From NCBI GenBank assembly GCA_013265495.1, contig MU058919.1, positions 4,543,345 through 4,607,344 of the forward strand: 64,000 bases of DNA, given 5' to 3'. Positions within the stretch are counted from its first letter, which is position 1; every line of letters begins with the position of its first letter. Below the pieces are notes generated by a model. It did not search any database. It saw nothing but the letters and a program-made list of their open reading frames with translations, and had not been told where the DNA came from. This document shows, one piece after another, positions 45,951 through 59,449 of the stretch. The DNA comes from Vicugna vicugna (Eukaryota). Position numbers and translations under genes: made by a program.

Positions 45951-48900
45951 AAGCCCACGGTTTTTTAGTGGACGGTGAGTGTGAATGGGAACGTGAATAG
46001 AAAGACAGAGTGGTGGCCTTTGGGCAGGAATCTGCCGGGACCACATTTAGCTTCGGCAAAGAGCGTGATCAGCCGCCGGGCGCCCTGTCTGCTCCTCTCC
46101 CAAGCGGCCTACCTCCCGCATCTCCCCCCCTGTGCCTCCCCTGCTGCCTTTCTCTTCCTGGAGCCCTTTCTCAGCCCCTCACGGCCCTGGATCTCCCTGT
46201 CCTGTTCTCTGCTGTCTGGACACCCACTGAGGTCCCTTTCGTGATCAGCCTTTGCTTGTTGGCCTCTTGGATTTTAGTCTCTCTTTTGTCCAACAAGCAG
46301 GAAGAATTCAGGCGCATTCTGAAGAAGCCCAGCGATAAGCCACTGCTGTCCTGTTAGACTAGAAAGCAGTCTGATGTACCAGGAAGGTCTGTTATCACCG
46401 AAGCAGGGGCGTGGGAACTGGAACAAGACGTTGCAAGAATCAGAACTAATTGTTTTTAGAATCACACACGTTTGTTAAAACACATTCTATGGAATTGTGC
46501 CAAGTAGCGGCTCCACGTCGGTCAACATCACCATGCCTGCCTTTGTCGATGTTCACAGACGGCATGTGAAAATGGCAGAAAACACTTGCCTTTTTTTGCC
46601 AAGAAAGATGCATTTTCCTTGGGATCCAATCAGCATTTTGCAATTTATTATTTAAGATGCGTTGCTAGATTTTTGTAGACACTTTAAAGCCGGATTGGAA
46701 AGTGTACTTTGAGGCCGAATCCATTCCGTTTGACCTGTCTCTCTGGGCCGCTATCTGGGACGCGTCTCAGTTTTCTCCCTGTCTCCTCCAGCCTCCCCAC
46801 AATCCTTCACCGGCCCGCCCGCCCCCCCGTCTTTATGCCCCATGAATCCCGGGCACGCTGCCATCCCATTACAGCCTCCTTCCGCACGCCCCCTTCCAGC
46901 TCCACAGCCCCCCCTCCCCTGACCTCTCAGGCAGTTCCTGGCGCCCCTCCAGGACCCCCTATCTTTGGCTGTTAGAGTTTCGGAGCACAGCAGCTGCGAC
47001 CGGCTCCTCCGCTGGGCCCTGATACGGGGCTGCATGGAAGCGTCGGATGCTCCAGCTCGCGCTGCCCTGGGGACCCCCTGCACGCGTGTGGGCCATGTGA
47101 GCTCTCGGGCCAGCGCGAGGGCGGCAGTGCCCAGCTGCCCCCAACCCGGTGGGAAGTTGTCCTTAAAGAGGATACGGGAAGCCTGCCCCAGCGCCCACTC
47201 ATCAAAGTCACCACCGCCCAGAAGACCAAGATGCGAGTGAGTTAAGCTGAAGGTGAAGTGTATCTCAGGTGGCTTTTTTCCCTCTGATGAACTCTTCCAA
47301 GTTGTAACCCTCACACAAAAGGTGGACGGCAGACTGGTGGCTCTGGGATGGAGGCTGGCCACGTCCGGTGCGGTCATCCCTGCACCCTGGGGGAGGGAGG
47401 AAGGGAACAGCTATGGTGTCCTTGTTCCATTTTTAAATAAAGAGCCTAAATCAAATGGCCCGCTGTCCATTGTATTAATTAAATCATCACGGTGGCGCTG
47501 TGAGGAAAACTAGGTGAGCTCAAGACACTGTTACTTGGGAGCTGGGCGGGAGTGGCCCCAAGCCCCAGAACCCAGTGGGTGGGTTCTGATGGATTAGGTG
47601 CGGACCCACTTCCTTAAGAGCCCCGGGATGAAGCCCTCCGGGCCAGCTTCTTCCTGCTCCCTCGCCTGCAGGGCCCAGTATCATCAGAGGGGTCCAACTT
47701 TGTTTTCTGGTTTCAACTCTGTATTTCTTCCTTTCCGCTTGTTTGTTTGTTTATAAACACAGTAGAGAGGGAGTGAGGACCGAGCCGGGTCATCTTCCTG
47801 AGGTAGAAAGCAGGGGTACAAGGACTCTTTGTTCCCACCCCTGCCGCCCTAGGACTGATGTCAATGCCAGAAGGCCATGCTGACAAGGATGCCTTCGCCC
47901 TTCTGCCTCATTTGCATGCCAGCCTGTCTGCCTCCTGACCTGTGTGGAGGAATGCATCGTTGCGGAGAAAGCGCACAAGCAGAAAGACAGGCGCACGGGA
48001 TGCTTGGCGGAAAGATGTGCTTGGCGGGGCCGGACGATGCCCTGCACTCAGGGGTCACCATTTCAAGCTACGTTCCCGTAACTTCTCAGCCTCTGCACGT
48101 TGTCTGCAATTCGAGCCACTGCCTGTGTTTCATTTCTTTCTCCTCCCCCTTTAGTAGGTCAACGCACACGTTAAAAAATAGTGACTTCCATCTCGTGCAG
48201 GAAATGGGGCCTGAGAAACTTCAGTCGGCTTATCGAGTCTGCTGGCGCCGTGTGAGAGCTGTCTGGCTCCATCTCTATGACTTCTCCGTCCAGTATCTGG
48301 CTAAGGCTGTTGCCAGATCACTCTTCTCCTATTCAGGTGAAAGCATTTTAAAGCTGGACGTACCCTCCGAGCGAGAGTCAGCAAAGAGACTTTGCAGACG
48401 GAGACGCTGGCTTTCCCACTGTCTTCTGCGTAGTGAACTGCCAGCGGGCAAAGCGCTGGCCCTTCTGACTTCCGGGCTGCTCACTTCGGAATTTCAGTTT
48501 ATACCTTTAGAAGCAAATGTTTGACTAGAGAAATTCTGCAGAAAAGTTTGCAAGGTTTTTGTTTCTTATTTGGATTGTTTTTATTATAAAGTTGTCCTGG
48601 TCCTTTATGTACTGCTTTAGCTATTTTATATACTTTTCTGATTCTGTGGCATTATTGGTGTTTTTGTTTTGTTTCATCTTTTGAGAATATAACGTGTAAT
48701 TTTGTATTTAACACGAGGAAAACAAGCCACCTTTTACTGAAGTCCAAGGTACATAAAGTCTCAGAAATGAATGAGTGTCTTACCATCCTGGTACCTGACC
48801 CCGGATATACTCAGAGTTGGAGATAAAAGTTAAAACTGATTTTTTTGGAAGAGTTTTCTAAGAGCTGCTCCCTACCGGGAAGTGGCCACGTGCTCCAGGC

Positions 48901-51594
48901 TGCGGGGTGAGCCCAGCCTGGGCCGTCATGTCCTGGGAGGGTGGCTCATGACCCCAAAAGCGATGACAATGCTTCTCAAATAGAAGGTGTGATGCACCCC
49001 AGCTTGGCCACCGTGAGAGAAAGAACAAACAGTCGCTGTCTACGACTTATTTAAGTGTGAACTAGCAGACACCGAGAGCATCCAAGCTGGTAAACACACT
49101 AAATCGAATTAAAAACCGAGCAATAAAATGACTGGGTTGGAGAATGTGACAGGCCAGGCCAGGAAGGAGCACAGAGAGCTCTCCTCTGAGTGTCTTTTCA
49201 CCGGAATCCTCCTCCTTCACTCCGTCCCCCGTGGGAAGGGTTGGGTCTTGAACTCCTCGTGAAATCTTCAAACACATAATAAGAATTAATCACCATTAGC
49301 GGTCTATTTTAACAGCTGCCTGCTACCTCCGTATCCGCTGCAGCTGCGGACTCCCCTCCCTCTGCTGACATCATAATCCCATTACAGCGGGAAACTTGCA
49401 CACATAAAATGCAGATTTAAGCTGATTTTGAAACAACTTCTGCTTGTTAATTGCTCCAGTCTATATCACAAGAAGAAAATCGCAGCTTTCCCGGGGCAGC
49501 GCAGCTCCTCCCGGCCCGAGGCAGGAGCCCTGTCCGGCTTTCTCTGGTTAGGAGTGGCCCCCAAAGCTCAGCCATCTCTGGCAGCTTTCAGGTTACTGAC
49601 ACGCTCATGGTCTGAATTTGTCCAGTGGTGGCAGCTGTCCGTCTGCTCCTTACTCCCCTCTCTCCCCAGACGGACCTGGCTGGCGGCGAAGAAAACGTCT
49701 TGAAGCCAGGTGAGCCTCGGGAGGTAGGGCCCCACTGCAGCCGCAGCTCAGGACCAGCTCCGTCCTGTTTCTGCGAGGAAATTCGAGGCTCCTTTCCTTG
49801 CCTTGCTGAGTCCAGTGGGAGAACTTGATTGTCTGGTCCGGTTGATGTCCACCGCCACCACCCCCTTTTTTAACAGGATAATTTCTTGACGGATTCCACT
49901 CTAGCCTTTACATTTATGCCTCATTTTCACCTACATTTGTGCAGGCTATGAAATCTAAGGAAAAATGTTTATTGAAAGAATTTGCAAGTGTGAATTCCTT
50001 CCCCTCTGGTGGTGTGCACAAACATAGGAGTGGGCTATCCGTGCTTTATCTGGGTCCTGAGATATTGAGGGGTGAGGTGGCTGTGATTAAATTAATTACA
50101 ATTATTTTGGCTTCTAGCAAATTGCATTGTTAACATGACGAAAGGAACACAGGAGGAGTTAAAAACCTACCGTGTCAAAAACAAAAAAACTTAATTGTAA
50201 CACATGGGGATGTCTGAGATATTCTGAAAAGTTCCAGCCTGAAACAGACTCACTGAGATTTTAAGCCACAAAGAAGAGTCCAATTTGTATTTTGAAATGG
50301 TTCTGAGTGATTTGTTTTTTAGGTTAAAAGGTTCTTTTTTTTCCCCCTTGTCTTTAATCGGGGGACTTCTGTAGCCCCACCTGCTGTTCATTAGTGGAAG
50401 TGTTAAGGATTATGAAAAGCCTGGCTTTTTTTCTTCCTTTATTCCAGTAGCATTTTGGATTTATCCTGCATAAATTCAGACTTAGAGAAATCAGTGACAG
50501 TGTTCTTGGATGACTAAACTGTAGGCAAATATGATGGGAGAACTTCTTTTAAGAAGGAGGGACGTAGAAGTCACCCAAACCTGCCAAATATTTGGTACCA
50601 CTCCACAGGAGGGAGAGCCCTTCTCGGCTTCAGGCTACTGATCCAGAGACTCTGACGTCAGAATGAATTCCTGACCCCATGAGGAAGGTGCCCTTATTCT
50701 GGGTGAATCTTAGCACTCATTTGGATAGAAAACAACACTTGTCCTCCGTGTAAAGGTAGGCTTCGGCAGGTTTGCCTCAGTGGCCCTCACGAGAGGGAAT
50801 CAGGCTCTTGGCTCAGCGCTTGGATCCTCCCCCAGGGTGGGGAGCTCCCAAGGTGACCTCCAGGAAGCTCCGTGCCCCGTCTTTTGGCATCCTTCATCAC
50901 CACCTGCTGTTGTCAGGCAGGAGCTCTTCCCAGAGTGTGATGAATTGCCAGGTCCGTCGTGCCTCTGATCAAAGACTGCGTGCGGTGCCCCAGCTTGGCC
51001 AACAACTGAGCCGAGATTATTCAGCCTGAATCGCCAAGTGTCTCTTCCTCTGCGATGTTTAACTAGCCTTTGGTTCAGACTGACATCCCTGAGACAGCCT
51101 TCCTCCTGGCCCTCCTGTTCTGTTCTCACCACTGAGTCGCCCTTTACCCGGCAGAGGACTCCCCTGTAACATCACAGACCTCAGTAACTTGGGGTTCGTG
51201 CTGCAGAACGGGGACCCTGCTTCTCGAAGCCAGTCACAGCATGCGAGCAATTCCTGGGCTCTGAGCTGGAAGGCCGCTGATCTACCCGACAATCTCTGCA
51301 GAAGCTCTGGGTCTCTTCCCCAAAGAGAAAACCCAGCACTCGGCTTGCTCGTCTCTTGTCCGGTGTATACGAGTATTGCAAGGACTGATGCCAGTTCAGA
51401 GAAAGCCTCAGCTGAAACTCTGCCTGCCCTGAGCCTCATGTCCTAAGAAGGATTCTCAAAGCCCTACTCTTCATGAAATAGGGGTATATTTTGGAGAGGG
51501 CAGGTCCAAGACTGGAGCTGCTCACTGCCGAAAACCAGCTCCAGGAAGAATGATTTATCATATGTGTCAACTGATTGCTAGAGAATGAAGTCTT

Positions 51595-51630
51595 CACACA
51601 CACACACACATACACACACACACACACACA
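51595..51630. repeat. (CA)n microsatellite with one TA interruption
   Basis: 'cacacacacacacacatacacacacacacacacaca'. Confidence 0.95.
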
Positions 51631-52804
51631 AATGTATCTTTATTAAGACTTCCGAGATCTGCCCTGAATAAACCAACTATATAACTTCCAACTCTCACTG
51701 CAGTGTTTGGACACTTACGAAACCTAGTAATACATTTGTTTTCTTTTCTTCGTTCAGCATCATCTTGCATAGCCAGACTGACATTCCATTTGAAATTCAG
51801 GTTTGTTTCTGAATTTGGGGCCCAGGAGAGCTTCTCCCCTCTTTCACCCAGGATGGACCAGGATGGGAGGGTGCAGGTGCTGGAGCCGGTGCTGCAGGGG
51901 GTCTGCTGGGCACTCCCTTTGGCTGGAGCCGAGAGCAGCTCTGGACAAAGACCTGGGGTGGCTGGATGGCACCTTCATCCTGTGTCTCTGCAGTTTTCTT
52001 GAGATTGCAGAAGAACTTTTGAGTAATCGGGTCCTTGGAATTCATGCACCCGGACCATTTGCAGTGGTTTGTATTTGACTCGCGTCCCTTGGATTTCCCA
52101 GGTCTCTCTCGGTCCTGTGTTCCTCACCCGGTAGCGTGCTCTTTCATCCAGTCGGTAAACAAGCAGTCCCTCCGGCTCCTGCACAAATGCCAGTGCATGG
52201 ATTGGCCATTAAGAGAGCCTGTTATGGGAGCTGTCACAGGTCCTTCCGGGAAGGAAACACATCCCCTGGATGTTGTCCCCTGCTCCCCTACCCCAGGGTT
52301 GGGACGCTCCTGTCCCTTAGAAGCAGGTCTTTTGATTTTAGTGGTGTGTTATAGCTTCATCCACTGTGTTCAGTGATTTGTCTTTCAGTCTCCATCAATG
52401 CCTCTGATTTCATTTCACACTTAAGCAAACTGGAAGCCTTTGTGGATCCACACGAAGAAGGGGGTGCACACTGGGACTGTCACAACGTGGTAACTGGAGC
52501 GGCCTTGAAGGCCAGGCCAGACTGCTGAAGGCAGGTCACGTCTGCCTGGAGCTGCTCTCCTAGTGGGTCTGAGAGCAGGGGACCCATGGCCTACTGGGCC
52601 TGTCGTGGGGAAGATGGACACTCAGCAGCCCTATGTGACACGTGGACTGTCTGGCTCTGCAGGGACCCTGAGTGACCACAAACTTGACACAAAAGTTTCC
52701 AGAAAGGAGTTGTCTGTTCCCCAGGATAAGCTGTATTTTCCAAGAGGAAGAATGAAGTCAGATAGAAAGGAAGCGAGATCAACCTTGCACCTGGCTTTGA
52801 GAAT

Positions 52805-52900
52805 TAGAAAAGAAGAAAAGATGGAAAGAAAGTAAGAAAGAAAGAAGGAAGGGAGGGAGGAAGAAAGAAAGTGGGGCAGACAGAGGATAGATGAAATAAA
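52805..52900. repeat. Purine-rich (GAAA/GGAA)n low-complexity tract
   Basis: 'agaaaagaagaaaagatggaaagaaagtaagaaagaaagaaggaagggagggaggaagaaagaaag'. Confidence 0.85.
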
Positions 52901-53369
52901 AGAACTCACTGGAGCTAAATTAATAATTTTACATATACTACAGTATAATTTGTATTACATATAAGAATTGTATATTTTACATATAACAAGTGTGCCTACC
53001 ATTCGTACTAACAGTCACTGTTTCTTAGATTTGTAATCCTGCCTTAATTAAATTTGCAATAAAGTTAGTAGGAATAAACTGGGGCGAACTTGACATGACT
53101 CGCGTTGTCTCCGTCACACAGCCCTCATGTGTGAGGGCATCTGAATGCGCCTGATGCAACGAGTATTTCTCAAATCGTGACACTCAGCGGTGTCTGCCTC
53201 AGGGACCCAGAGGGTCAGCACCAAACGTGCGCGGTCAGCATTCTTCCAGGTGGAGGCCCCCCAGTACCCGGACCCCCACCAGCATCCTTTGAGCAGCTAT
53301 TTCGCAGCTGACCTAAGTGCCTTGCCCTCTGAGGTGCTCTTGGGTTTGCCTCTTCTGAGCATCCTCTAG

Positions 53370-53480
53370 GTGAGAGATGGTCTTGGGTAAGTCACTGAAA
53401 GTCTCTGAACTTCATTTTTTTTTCCATCTGCAAATGACACCATAAAAAATACTCAATAAATAGACCCTGTTTGGCTGGCC
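53370..53480 (+). mobile_element. MIR fragment
   Basis: 'tcttgggtaagtcactgaaagtctctgaacttcattttttttccatctgcaaatg'. Confidence 0.6.
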
Positions 53481-54097
53481 ATTAGCACGTGCTGACGACC
53501 AGCTATTACATATCATCCTGGTCTCATCACCGGGAGTTTTCACTTGGTTTTAATTGCTTCTTTTTTAAGGGAATGCAATTAACAAGTCTTCAGATAATGT
53601 GGCATTTCTAATAATGTCCAAACAAGCTGAAATTCAGTGAGATTCAACAAAACCCGGATTATTAAAAATGATTTTAATGATGTATTCTATGCGATTGATT
53701 CAAGAACATGTGAATAAATGCACAAATTCATTTTGGCATCATTTTTCATGGAACAATCAATGTAATTAAAAGTATCACTGGTCAAAACTTAGTTAACATT
53801 TTCATGTTTCTCTGACAAAGCAGAATGAATCACCAGCAAGGACAAATACCTCTAACAGCGAGAGAAAAAAAATCTGTCTTATAGTAAGAGAAATTAGCTA
53901 TAGTTAATGTTTTTAGGCAAATTTATTCCCAGTCCTCAGATACATATGATGAAACACCGCCCAGCAGACAGTATCAGAAGTGAAGATTCAGTCTCCCGGG
54001 GCTGGTTTAGGAACCAATGACATCTGAACAGTCAAGGGCTTTAAGACTGGTTCCAACCCCGCGATGCCTCAAACACTTGGCTTTCTGAAATTTCCTT

Positions 54098-54395
54098 TTT
54101 CTTCTTTTTTTAGGTGAGATGTAATTGATGTAACGTTACATAAGTTAATGTGTAATTTTCAGGTGTCCAGTGTGTTGATTTGATACATTTATATATTGCA
54201 ATCAATATGAATACCATCTTAGCATTAGCAACACTTTATCATTTCACATAATTGTGTGTGTGTGTGTGTGTGGCGAGACCATTTAACATCTAGTCTCTTA
54301 ACATCTTTGAAGTAGATACCACAGTGCTGTTGACTATAATCACTGTGCTGTGCATTAGATCTTTGGGACTTACTTATCTTCTAAGTGCAATTTTA
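54098..54395 (-). mobile_element. LINE-1 3' end, L1MA9/Laurasiatherian-type, with internal (TG)10 at 54253-54272
   Basis: 'ttttcaggtgtccagtgtgttgatttgatacatttatatattgc...tttaacatctagtctcttaacatctttgaag...gttgactataatcactgtgctgtgcattagatc...ggacttacttatctt'. Confidence 0.8.
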
Positions 54396-56204
54396 TCTTG
54401 GCAGTGACTTTTAGTACTTGGGGCAGAATAGCGCATTTCCATTTTATGTTAAAAAAGAACCAAGAAAACAACACCTGTCAAGGTTTGGACTGGATCAGAG
54501 GTGACACTGAGGGTTCCCAGGCACAGAAGAAACTGCATCTCCGACATCCTCTCACTCCCCCTGCACCCATCCTACACGTGCACGATGCCAGGAGTCGGGA
54601 CTCCCAAAGGGAGCAAGAAAACACCCAGCCTGCCCTCACAGAGCTTCCTGCTGGATTCTCCTTCCCCTGAATGTTTCAAAGTGTGAAAAGTAGTGCCCTG
54701 TATACAATCTCCTCTGTAGTCCTTCTAAAAATACAACAGAGAAAGGACTGATAACAAAGCTGTGTAAAGTGTGGGCATCACACCCCGTTTTCAAGGACAC
54801 AGTCTCCCCAGCACAGCTGCTCCACCTGCTCTTTAAGGGGTTCCGATAAGGACTGCAAGCTGGCGTAAATACCAGTGCACGGGAAGGAATGTATCAACGA
54901 GTGAAATTCAAAGCAAAGTAGAACCACCAGACCGTACGTGCCTCATGCAAATAAAGACAGGTCTCACAGCGTTTCCATGGAAGGTGGCCAGTGGTCCAAA
55001 CTTGCGTTCTTCACACTCCAGTTTGCTTCTGGAACAAATGAAAATATAGACACCATCAGGGCTCAACAGAGGTGATCGGTGTGCCAGGTTTCATCTTTTG
55101 TTCTTGAGCTTAATTAAAAAAAGAAACTGCTGCAGCCCAGCTCCAGGGGCAGACAGACTTCGGGTTATGAGTATTAACTGGTCTTCAGCTGCTGCGTCTA
55201 GTCTACGGTCACCCACTAACGTCCATCAGACGGCGTCGCACAAGGTCCCACACGCCCATAGGCTCCTAGGAGTCCTCCCTGAATAGGTACAAAACCTGGT
55301 CTTGACCCCCCTCTTCGGCAAGGGGTACCCGCAAGACTTTGGCTTTTGTCGTATTTTACACATCGCATGACTCTTTTCTTGTTTACTGAGTTGAAAGGGA
55401 CCATCATCTGGGACTGAGAAACTCAGAGATCTGACGTAAAGTCTCTGAGTAAACAACGCCGACAGCCGGCATGCTAATGTGTTAAGAAATTTATTTCCCA
55501 TTTTTTTTACTGGTGACTTAAAGTAGTAATGCCATTCAAAGGTGCCACTGCCTTTTGGTTGCTGCACATCAGAGGATAATCAGGTGGCAACTGACTGGAT
55601 CTGTTATTCCGCGGTGACTTTCAATATTTATGTGTCGATCAAATATACTTTTGGGGGATCTTCTTTTGCCTTTTCCCAAACTGAGGTGTTTAAGAATTTC
55701 TGCCATCAGTTCTCTTCAGAGGATGACAACCACGGTTTCTTCCCAATGGTCCTCATCACCATAAGTGAAATTCTTCTTGCAGACACACTGCACGCCTGCA
55801 TCTATGTGTCTGTATGTAGATACATACGGTGCACACACATGTACGTGCACACACGTATAAGAAACTAAATAATGCGTACACATTACACTTGAAGGGCCCA
55901 TCTAAAGGGATTTACTTTCTTTTTAATATTTCTGAAGGCTGTTTTATGGTCCTGTTGACCTGCTATTAGTGAAAGCTTCACTTTCAGCAAAGGTAATTAA
56001 ATTATAAAATCATGGCTACAATCATCAAACTACTCATAAAATAAGAAATGAAAAAAAAAACCTGAAATAAAAATCTTGCAGGCTCCTCTTCTTATAATAT
56101 TGTTCCCTGATGTTAATTACATTTAAATGGGCAAGTACTATTTTGGTATCATTCATACGCCTCCAAAAGTACTTTTCAGTTTATCATACCTGTCAACCTC
56201 GGTG

Positions 56205-59200
56205 NNNNNNNNNNNNNNNNNNNNNNNNNNNNNNNNNNNNNNNNNNNNNNNNNNNNNNNNNNNNNNNNNNNNNNNNNNNNNNNNNNNNNNNNNNNNNNNN
56301 NNNNNNNNNNNNNNNNNNNNNNNNNNNNNNNNNNNNNNNNNNNNNNNNNNNNNNNNNNNNNNNNNNNNNNNNNNNNNNNNNNNNGCTTTCCAGTCCGGGG
56401 AATTAAATTCTGGGGGTTTTTGCAAAGATGTTGCTTGAGAGAGATGTTTCCAAGGAAAGCTAAGCTTTTTAGCTACGCTTTTTCCTGGGAAATTATACTA
56501 AAGCACATAACAGCCACTTAAAAAGAGAAGTTAAATAGATNNNNNNNNNNNNNNNNNNNNNNNNNNNNNNNNNNNNNNNNNNNNNNNNNNNNNNNNNNNN
56601 NNNNNNNNNNNNNNNNNNNNNNNNNNNNNNNNNNNNNNNNNNNNNNNNNNNNNNNNNNNNNNNNNNNNNNNNNNNNNNNNNNNNNNNNNNNNNNNNNNNN
56701 NNNNNNNNNNNNNNNNNNNNNNNNNNNNNNNNNNNNNNNNNNNNNNNNNNNNNNNNNNNNNNNNNNNNNNNNNNNNNNNNNNNNNNNNNNNNNNNNNNNN
56801 NNNNNNNNNNNNNNNNACTGCATTTTTCTTTTTTCCTATTTATTAAATCCGACAGTCACGCAAATGCCTAACATTTGACATAAATAAGGGCATAAAATGA
56901 CAAGACCATCCGTGTGGATGGACAAAGATGAATTATGTCAGGGTGCAAAAGATCCACGTTCAGAACAACCGTGGGTGTTCTGCGAGCTCGTTAGCTGCGT
57001 TCGGTTGCAGGGATCCATTACTGAGTATTACGTGTTACATTACTTAAAACTCCTCGCTGAAGGCTGGCTTCCCTCTCTGAGCGTCTGCACACACAGCCCA
57101 TTTTTATAGGGCTGGGGAAGGAGGAGGAGAGAAGAAATCCTTNNNNNNNNNNNNNNNNNNNNNNNNNNNNNNNNNNNNNNNNNNNNNNNNNNNNNNNNNN
57201 NNNNNNNNNNNNNNNNNNNNNNNNNNNNNNNNNNNNNNNNNNNNNNNNNNNNNNNNNNNNNNNNNNNNNNNNNNNNNNNNNNNNNNNNNNNNNNNNNNNN
57301 NNNNNNNNNNNNNNNNNNNNNNNNNNNNNNNNNNNNNNNNNNNNNNNNNNNNNNNTCTGTGTTGAACATGACCAGAGTTTATTTTCTTAAAGTATTAATT
57401 TGTCAACAGCCTTCCTGCTTCGGCTTGGCTCGTTTGGAGGGGAGAGAGGGAAGACACACTTGCAGTGTTCACTGCTTTTTCACCTTGTGGTTTTAGGAAC
57501 CGATTGCAGTTAATCAAAACAAGAGCGTGCTTAATTTTTCAGTATTAATTTTCATACAAACATCTGATGTCACAGGATAGAGATGTGGAGATACATGTGG
57601 GTGCTTCAAAACAGCTTATTTTCAGGCGGAAAAAAAATGAAACCCATTTAGTTCCATGCTGAGTAACTGACATTAGGTTGTGTGTTTTCAAGGATTTCCA
57701 AAAGAAATGCTTTCCGAGTGCTCATCTCCAATTCTCCCTTGCTGGTAAAATCCACCCAGCAGGCACCCCCATCACTTCAGGGTGAGAGTTTATATTCACC
57801 ACCTCATGCCTTCTTGGTGCCGAAGACATTGTGGTGTTTTTAATTATATCTCGATTTTCTTAAAATATTTGTCCCTTGTTCTGTTGCTGGAATGGAGGAG
57901 TGTGCGTAATGACCTCTATTTTTCAGAGTTGCCAAAACAAATTAAGGAAAACGTTCAGCTCTCTCCTTGCCCAATGTTTTAATGCTTTTCCATGAAAGCA
58001 AATCTTATTTGTAATGTATATCAAACCTGAAGTAAATAATGCCTCCTGTCAGAGGCAAACGCTGTAGTGCCACGGCCCACAGTCACCCATTTTGCCTTTG
58101 ATAAAAAGAGATCCTATGAAAGATGGTGTCATTTAAGGAGCACATACGTCCGTGCAGCTACACATTCTGCACGTGACTCCAACGCGCCTCTCAGAATGCT
58201 CCACCCAAGTTCTGTGAATTAATAACTCTTCGAACCACCTACTTATCAGCTATTTCTTGAAAACAACAACAACAACAAACCCTCAAGCATTATGTTGACC
58301 AGATCTCAAAACTCACGCAGATGGACTCGCAAAAACCCCACTTTAATTTTTCCCACGTAGGATTAAGGACCGATCAGGATGGACTCATTTCGCGGGGATC
58401 CTGTTTTTTCCTGTCCACCCTCTGCTCCGCACACACGTGCAGAAGCAACAGGCTCGGGTCCGGAGCTGCCTCGGCTGGGGTTGGGGGGCAGCGGTCTCCT
58501 CCCCCGAACTCAAGGAAGGACCTGGCCGGCCCCAGTGGCTAATTTTCCACAGGTCACCACATCCATTTAGAGGGAAGACCGACCTTCAGACAGTTAATAA
58601 GAGGCGATTCCGTACATCTGGCTAAACTGGCTTCTGCTGTCTCTTAGGTCTTCCTGGGTTGTTGACGTTAACACACATCTTCAACTCTTATTGACACTCT
58701 CCATGTTTTATTAGTTTGCATTTACCTTGTTCACCATTTTATTATTCAAGGTTTCCGCTCTTGCCAAGTATTAATCAATGTATTCTGCTGCTCCGTCGGG
58801 CAGGCTGTACAGAACGGGGCGCCCCTAGGGTTAACACAGTCAAGAACGAGNNNNNNNNNNNNNNNNNNNNNNNNNNNNNNNNNNNNNNNNNNNNNNNNNN
58901 NNNNNNNNNNNNNNNNNNNNNNNNNNNNNNNNNNNNNNNNNNNNNNNNNNNNNNNNNNNNNNNNNNNNNNNNNNNNNNNNNNNNNNNNNNNNNNNNNNNN
59001 NNNNNNACGCAGACCAGCTATTACCACATCCAATCATACCGGGAAAAGTCTCTGAAATGAGCAAGGCAGCTGGCTTTTAAATAGCTGAAACATAACATCA
59101 ATACTTATTTTGAATAATGGAAAAAAGAGGTAAAAGATGTTGACCCTTGCCTGACAGGAACATGTTCCAAAAGTAGCGCTGGCCCCCTGGGGGCAGCCCC

Positions 59201-59449
59201 TGTTCCACAGTAGCTGCCAAGCCGTTCTTTCTCCTTCTTTCTGCCACTTTCTCAGTCCCCTCCCCCACCTCCATCCTGTCCTCNNNNNNNNNNNNNNNNN
59301 NNNNNNNNNNNNNNNNNNNNNNNNNNNNNNNNNNNNNNNNNNNNNNNNNNNNNNNNNNNNNNNNNNNNNNNNNNNNNNNNNNNNNNNNNNNNNNNNNNNN
59401 NNNNNNNNNNNNNNNNNNNNNNNNNNNNNNNNNNNNNNNNNNNNNNNNN
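56205..59449. other. Five N-blocks upstream of the promoter (56205-56384, 56541-56816, 57143-57355, 58851-59006, 59284-59449)
   Basis: Runs of N of 180, 276, 213, 156 and 166 bp separated by unique non-repetitive DNA. Confidence 0.95.

Noticed and set aside
3365-59449. Idea that all N-blocks are coding exons of one minus-strand gene
   Set aside because: Most blocks lack properly placed acceptor/donor pairs and pyrimidine tracts on either strand, and the one clear exon is on the + strand.
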